A stretch of DNA of 41,584 nt from a virus, in the IMG/VR virus record IMGVR_UViG_3300019487_000017; one strand, 5' to 3'. Position numbers and translations under genes: made by a program. The notes beneath the pieces are model-generated. The model was not told the DNA's origin. It did not search any database and worked only from the letters and a program-made list of their open reading frames with translations. Of the stretch, positions 37,262-41,584 are shown one piece after another (the stretch's first letter is position 1; each line of letters starts with the position of its first letter).

Positions 37262-38085
37262 AAAATGATGAAAATACTATTCGAGTGAACAAAGATAGTA
37301 TAAGAGGAATGGTTGGTTTTATCGGTAATGGTAGACGAAATAAAAAACAGTGGGGTTTAGAAAAATATATACAAGAAATTGAAATACAATCTGCTAAAAT
37401 ATTTCTACAAGCAGGATATGATGTAATTGTAGATGATACGAATTTGGATGATAAACATGTAGAAATGTGGAAAAATGTAGCTAGTTCTGAGAAAGCTGCT
37501 TGGAAAGTAGAATCATTTTTACATGTTCCAGTGGAAGAATGCATAAGAAGAGATGCCGTCAGAACTGATCCTGTCGGAGCTGGGATTATCTATGGTATGG
37601 CGGTTCAAGCCAATCTAATAGAATCCGCTAATGAAAAAGTTTCTCTTACCACACCATATATTGTTTGTGATTTAGATGGTACTCTTTTTGACATAGATCA
37701 TAGACTACATTATATTAGCGATGGTAATGCAGATTGGGAATCGTTTTTCGCTGCCATGATGGATGATACTCCCAGAGAACATGTTGTGAGTTTAATCAAA
37801 GACACTTATGCTGATTTGCCATGTGTTATTGTTACTGGTAGACCTGAGCCATATAGAACAATGTGTGTTGACCAGTTAACATATTGGGAAATTCCATATC
37901 ATTCATTATTGATGAGAAAACCAGGTGATAGAAGACCTGATAATATAGTTAAACAAGAAATACTGAACGATTTTTTAAATAAAGATTTAATTCAGATGTG
38001 GATTGATGATAGACCAATTGTGATTAGACAGGTACAAGCGAACAATATTCCGGTTTGTAATGTTGGTGATGGTCGAGAATTTTAA
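37174..38085 (+). CDS. pseT: polynucleotide 5'-kinase / 3'-phosphatase (T4 PNKP-like)
   Basis: RGLPASGKS, NKDSIR, VDDTN, ECIRRD..R; HAD domain DLDGT, TGR, MRK.GD.R.D..VK, DDR. Confidence 0.9.
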   Translation: MAKKNRRPTLIISRGLPASGKSLYAKQTVENDENTIRVNKDSIRGMVGFIGNGRRNKKQWGLEKYIQEIEIQSAKIFLQAGYDVIVDDTNLDDKHVEMWKNVASSEKAAWKVESFLHVPVEECIRRDAVRTDPVGAGIIYGMAVQANLIESANEKVSLTTPYIVCDLDGTLFDIDHRLHYISDGNADWESFFAAMMDDTPREHVVSLIKDTYADLPCVIVTGRPEPYRTMCVDQLTYWEIPYHSLLMRKPGDRRPDNIVKQEILNDFLNKDLIQMWIDDRPIVIRQVQANNIPVCNVGDGREF

Positions 38086-38099
38086 CCAGAGAGTGTAAT

Positions 38100-38867
<768 letters not shown>

Positions 38868-38887
38868 AAAGATCTTTTTATAGCTGA

Positions 38888-38916
38888 AAAGGATCAAATA
38901 ATAAATATTAGAATAT
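38888..38916 (+). promoter_or_regulatory. SigH-type promoter candidate
   Basis: AAAGGA-N17-GAATAT in an intergenic gap, matching the Bacillus SigH AGGA/GAAT cores and spacing. Confidence 0.45.
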
Positions 38917-38973
38917 ATCATTAGACTTACAATCTATATTGAACGTAGTTTAGTATAGGTTGTTTTGTCATAA

Positions 38974-39174
38974 ATGGAATGCCAGATATTCATGCGCTAC
39001 ACAGTTTTTGCTTCAGATGAAGCGCATTTAGATAGGCTTCTTAAGATATTGGCAGATATGAATATTGTGCCAACACAGATATGGCGTAACTTGCTAAGTT
39101 TTGAACTTACATCTATGACGCCAGAATTAGTAGAAATATTATCTTATAATTTAGCTGATATAGAAGAAGATTAA
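38974..39174 (+). CDS. small hypothetical protein
   Basis: 66 aa ORF on the coding strand. Confidence 0.5.
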   Translation: MECQIFMRYTVFASDEAHLDRLLKILADMNIVPTQIWRNLLSFELTSMTPELVEILSYNLADIEED

Positions 39175-39176
39175 TC

Positions 39177-39425
39177 ATGAATAGAAGACCGTATCAACCA
39201 AAATACGCTGTTCCAGATTTCACTGCTTTTTCTTTTCTATTGTTGTCTTTATATGATTTTGAAGTAGATAAAAATATTTGGGATAATTGGTCTACAGAAG
39301 ATCAAAGTCGTGTATACGATTATTATGCCGACGAATTGTATAGAGCAAGTGATAATATTATAACCCACCCCCGCCGTCGTCCCAATTTTCTCCCGCAAGA
39401 ATTTCCTGGTCGTCTATTAGCATAA
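39177..39425 (+). CDS. small hypothetical protein
   Basis: 82 aa ORF on the coding strand. Confidence 0.55.
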   Translation: MNRRPYQPKYAVPDFTAFSFLLLSLYDFEVDKNIWDNWSTEDQSRVYDYYADELYRASDNIITHPRRRPNFLPQEFPGRLLA

Positions 39426-39547
39426 TATTCTAAGAGTCTGAAGAAGTACAAGCTGACAATCTTTGAGAATCGGCGACAGCAAACCCCTTAAGCTGGCAAA
39501 ATAGGGAACAGCAGCAAGGCGACTCAAAGCTTTAGACTCTTAGGATA
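39426..39547 (+). ncRNA. candidate structured non-coding RNA (family unassigned)
   Basis: 18-bp closing stem with two G-U pairs, inner ctttgag/ctcaaag stem, GC content above background, intergenic. Confidence 0.5.
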
Positions 39548-39654
39548 AATTGTGAAAATTTAACTTCTCCAGGCTTCATTTCTCCTGTAATAGTTTGAGT
39601 CTGTTTAATAGTCATTGTAGTGGGATAATAACGTCTAAATGAAGGTACGTTATA

Positions 39655-41130
39655 ATGTTAGATTCTAGAAAATTGAAGAGTTGGCTTGATGCAAGATTAA
39701 ATGTGCTTGTTGAAGGTAAACATGGTGTAGGAAAAACCACTATTATCTTAGATGCATTTCGGGAGGCTGGTTTAAGGTACGCTTATTTTAGTGGTTCAAC
39801 GTTGGACCCTTTTATTGATTTTGTAGGTATACCTGTCAAAGTAGAAACTAGTAATGGTAACTATATTGATTGCATCCGACCAAAGCATTTAGCAGGCGGA
39901 GATATCCAAGTAATTTTCATTGATGAATTCAATCGCACACATAAAAAGGTTCGTAACGCTGTAATGGAATTGATACAGTTTGGGCAGATCAATGGAAAGC
40001 CACTTGGAAATGATTGGTACGGCGTTTGGGCAGCTATTAATCCTGATAGTACTAATGAAGAACAATCCGTTTATGATACAGATCGTTTAGATCCTGCACA
40101 ACGGGATAGATTTCAAATACACATCAAGTTACCATACGAATGCGATGAATCCTATTTCTGTAAAAAATATGGGAATCATACTGGACGCGCTGCAGTTCAA
40201 TACTGGAATGAATTGCCAGCAGAGCAGAAGGAATTGGTTTCTCCACGAAGATTGGACTATGCAGTAAAACATTATACTCGTAATGGCGACATTCGAGATA
40301 TTTTACCCTTATCATCATCCCCTAATCGGTTGACAAATATACTGTCTGTCGGACCAGCAATAGAAAAAATCCAGAAATTACGAGAAGAAAATAAAATTGA
40401 TGAGATTAAACAATTTTTGGCTAATGAAAGTCAATATGACTATGTAATTAATACTATATTATCAGACAAAAAGTTTATGCAGTTTTTCATGCCTTTGATA
40501 CCTTTGGAAAAATTTTCTGCATTAATACTTTCAGATAAAAGTGTTTTAAAATTTGTATGTTCTGAAGTTAGAAAAACACATTCTCAGCATTTAATTTCGC
40601 CATTTATTGAACCAATTAAAGAGGTGGTTAAAGCAAATCAAAATAAATCGTTTACAAGAAAGCTAAAAGATTTATTGGATGAGATATCATCTGCTACATA
40701 TGTTACAGTTGTTCCATCTAATAAAATTAATGAATATTATTCACCCTCTCCTATTACCAATTACGATGTTGCGATTAAAAATGTCTTTAGTCATCCGCTT
40801 AATCAAACTTATTATCGTAAACAGGGGTATGATAAGATTCTCAATTGTTTACCTTTTCATATGTCTGCAGAGTCAGCTATACAAGCAATGAAAGTAATGG
40901 ACAAGTTGTCTTGTTCTTATTTGACTACAATCCAACAGCATATGCCTAAATTAGATAGCATGTCAACCCATTGTTTATGTGTTCTATTTAGGAGTAATTA
41001 TACGAGAGAGAAGATAATTACAATTCTAAATAATGTACCATTTTTGAAAAAATACAGGAGTAGAGTTGGCGCACCATCTCTTTCTGACATTGAAACTTAT
41101 GCCAGATACAACAAGGTCGCTCCACGTTAA
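39655..41130 (+). CDS. MoxR/dynein-related AAA+ ATPase
   Basis: GKHGVGKT, FIDEFNR, AVMELI, AAINP, LDPAQRDRF, SPRR. Confidence 0.88.
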   Translation: MLDSRKLKSWLDARLNVLVEGKHGVGKTTIILDAFREAGLRYAYFSGSTLDPFIDFVGIPVKVETSNGNYIDCIRPKHLAGGDIQVIFIDEFNRTHKKVRNAVMELIQFGQINGKPLGNDWYGVWAAINPDSTNEEQSVYDTDRLDPAQRDRFQIHIKLPYECDESYFCKKYGNHTGRAAVQYWNELPAEQKELVSPRRLDYAVKHYTRNGDIRDILPLSSSPNRLTNILSVGPAIEKIQKLREENKIDEIKQFLANESQYDYVINTILSDKKFMQFFMPLIPLEKFSALILSDKSVLKFVCSEVRKTHSQHLISPFIEPIKEVVKANQNKSFTRKLKDLLDEISSATYVTVVPSNKINEYYSPSPITNYDVAIKNVFSHPLNQTYYRKQGYDKILNCLPFHMSAESAIQAMKVMDKLSCSYLTTIQQHMPKLDSMSTHCLCVLFRSNYTREKIITILNNVPFLKKYRSRVGAPSLSDIETYARYNKVAPR

Positions 41131-41134
41131 TGAT

Positions 41135-41584
41135 ATGGAATCCAACGATACAAAAGATCAGGACAAAGAAGAATCATTTAATATAACAAATGAAGAATTC
41201 TTTGTGCAGAGCCGACGACTAGAGAAATTCCATGCTATATTCTACCAACTATGGGAATTTGGGCGTGTAAGATTTACAAAAGAAATTTCAACAGCAGCAG
41301 TATATTTTAATCCAGATGGTAGGGCAATTGATTTTGTATTTAACCCTGATCTCTGGAAGAAAAGTAGTCCTGAAAAACGTGATTTTATCATTTGTCATGA
41401 ATGTTTACATGTTATATTAAAACATGGTATTCGCATTAAAGATACAAAAAATAGAGACAACTGTAATATCGCTCTTGATGTAGTTGTTAATCATTTGTTG
41501 GTGAATCGATTTGGGTTTAAACGGCAGGAAATTGATCCCGATCTGGAATATTGCTGGATAGATACGGTCTTTGCAAATCCAGCT
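41135..41584 (+). CDS. DUF2201-type putative metallopeptidase (usually with VWA-like domain), 3'-truncated
   Basis: Translation by eye: ...TAAV...FNPD.W....FIICHECLHVILKH..R...NIALDVVVN; typical partner of the upstream AAA+. Confidence 0.8.
   Translation, partial: MESNDTKDQDKEESFNITNEEFFVQSRRLEKFHAIFYQLWEFGRVRFTKEISTAAVYFNPDGRAIDFVFNPDLWKKSSPEKRDFIICHECLHVILKHGIRIKDTKNRDNCNIALDVVVNHLLVNRFGFKRQEIDPDLEYCWIDTVFANPA

Noticed and set aside
39475-39545. Resemblance of the structured RNA to SRP RNA, c-di-GMP-I riboswitch or a group I intron core
   Set aside because: Only short fragments match. The SRP GNRA-capped helix, riboswitch tetraloop/receptor and intron R/S elements are not evident.
40679-40891. 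70-aa + strand ORF
   Set aside because: Out-of-frame and fully inside the AAA+ gene; no supporting signal.

Overview
AT-rich, very gene-dense segment. Essentially every credible gene lies on the + strand, with overlapping or abutting starts and stops under the standard genetic code. Gene content fits a large (jumbo/huge) dsDNA phage rather than a bacterial chromosome; this is an inference, since no capsid or terminase gene is recognisable in the window. Four blocks: (1) 1-12.8 kb, a 19-gene soluble glycosylation cluster with 7 glycosyltransferases, 5 SAM methyltransferases, 3 ParB/Srx-fold proteins, 2 Maf/DUF115-like proteins, a KdsB-like cytidylyltransferase and an HpcH aldolase. (2) 12.8-29.9 kb, nucleotide metabolism, replication and transcription: Pol-beta nucleotidyltransferase, DNA methylase, 5'-nucleotidase, TopA, dNMP kinase, DnaX, SigH-like sigma factor, GH15-like, HD, beta-clamp, delta subunit and RuvC-like proteins. 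(3) 29.9-36.3 kb, a block where unrelated proteins share an (M)NWFK-x-A/S peptide, including a tripartite CCA-adding enzyme, plus two peptidases. (4) 36.3-41.6 kb, RNA ligase and PNKP, a Ser/Cys-tailed protein, a candidate structured ncRNA, and an AAA+/DUF2201 pair. Best leads are the NWFK/KxA signal-peptide system (possible capsid targeting and processing of a tRNA-repair enzyme), the ulosonic-acid glycosylation cluster with ParB-fold proteins, and the ~120-nt structured RNA. All family calls come from motif recognition by eye; no searches were run.
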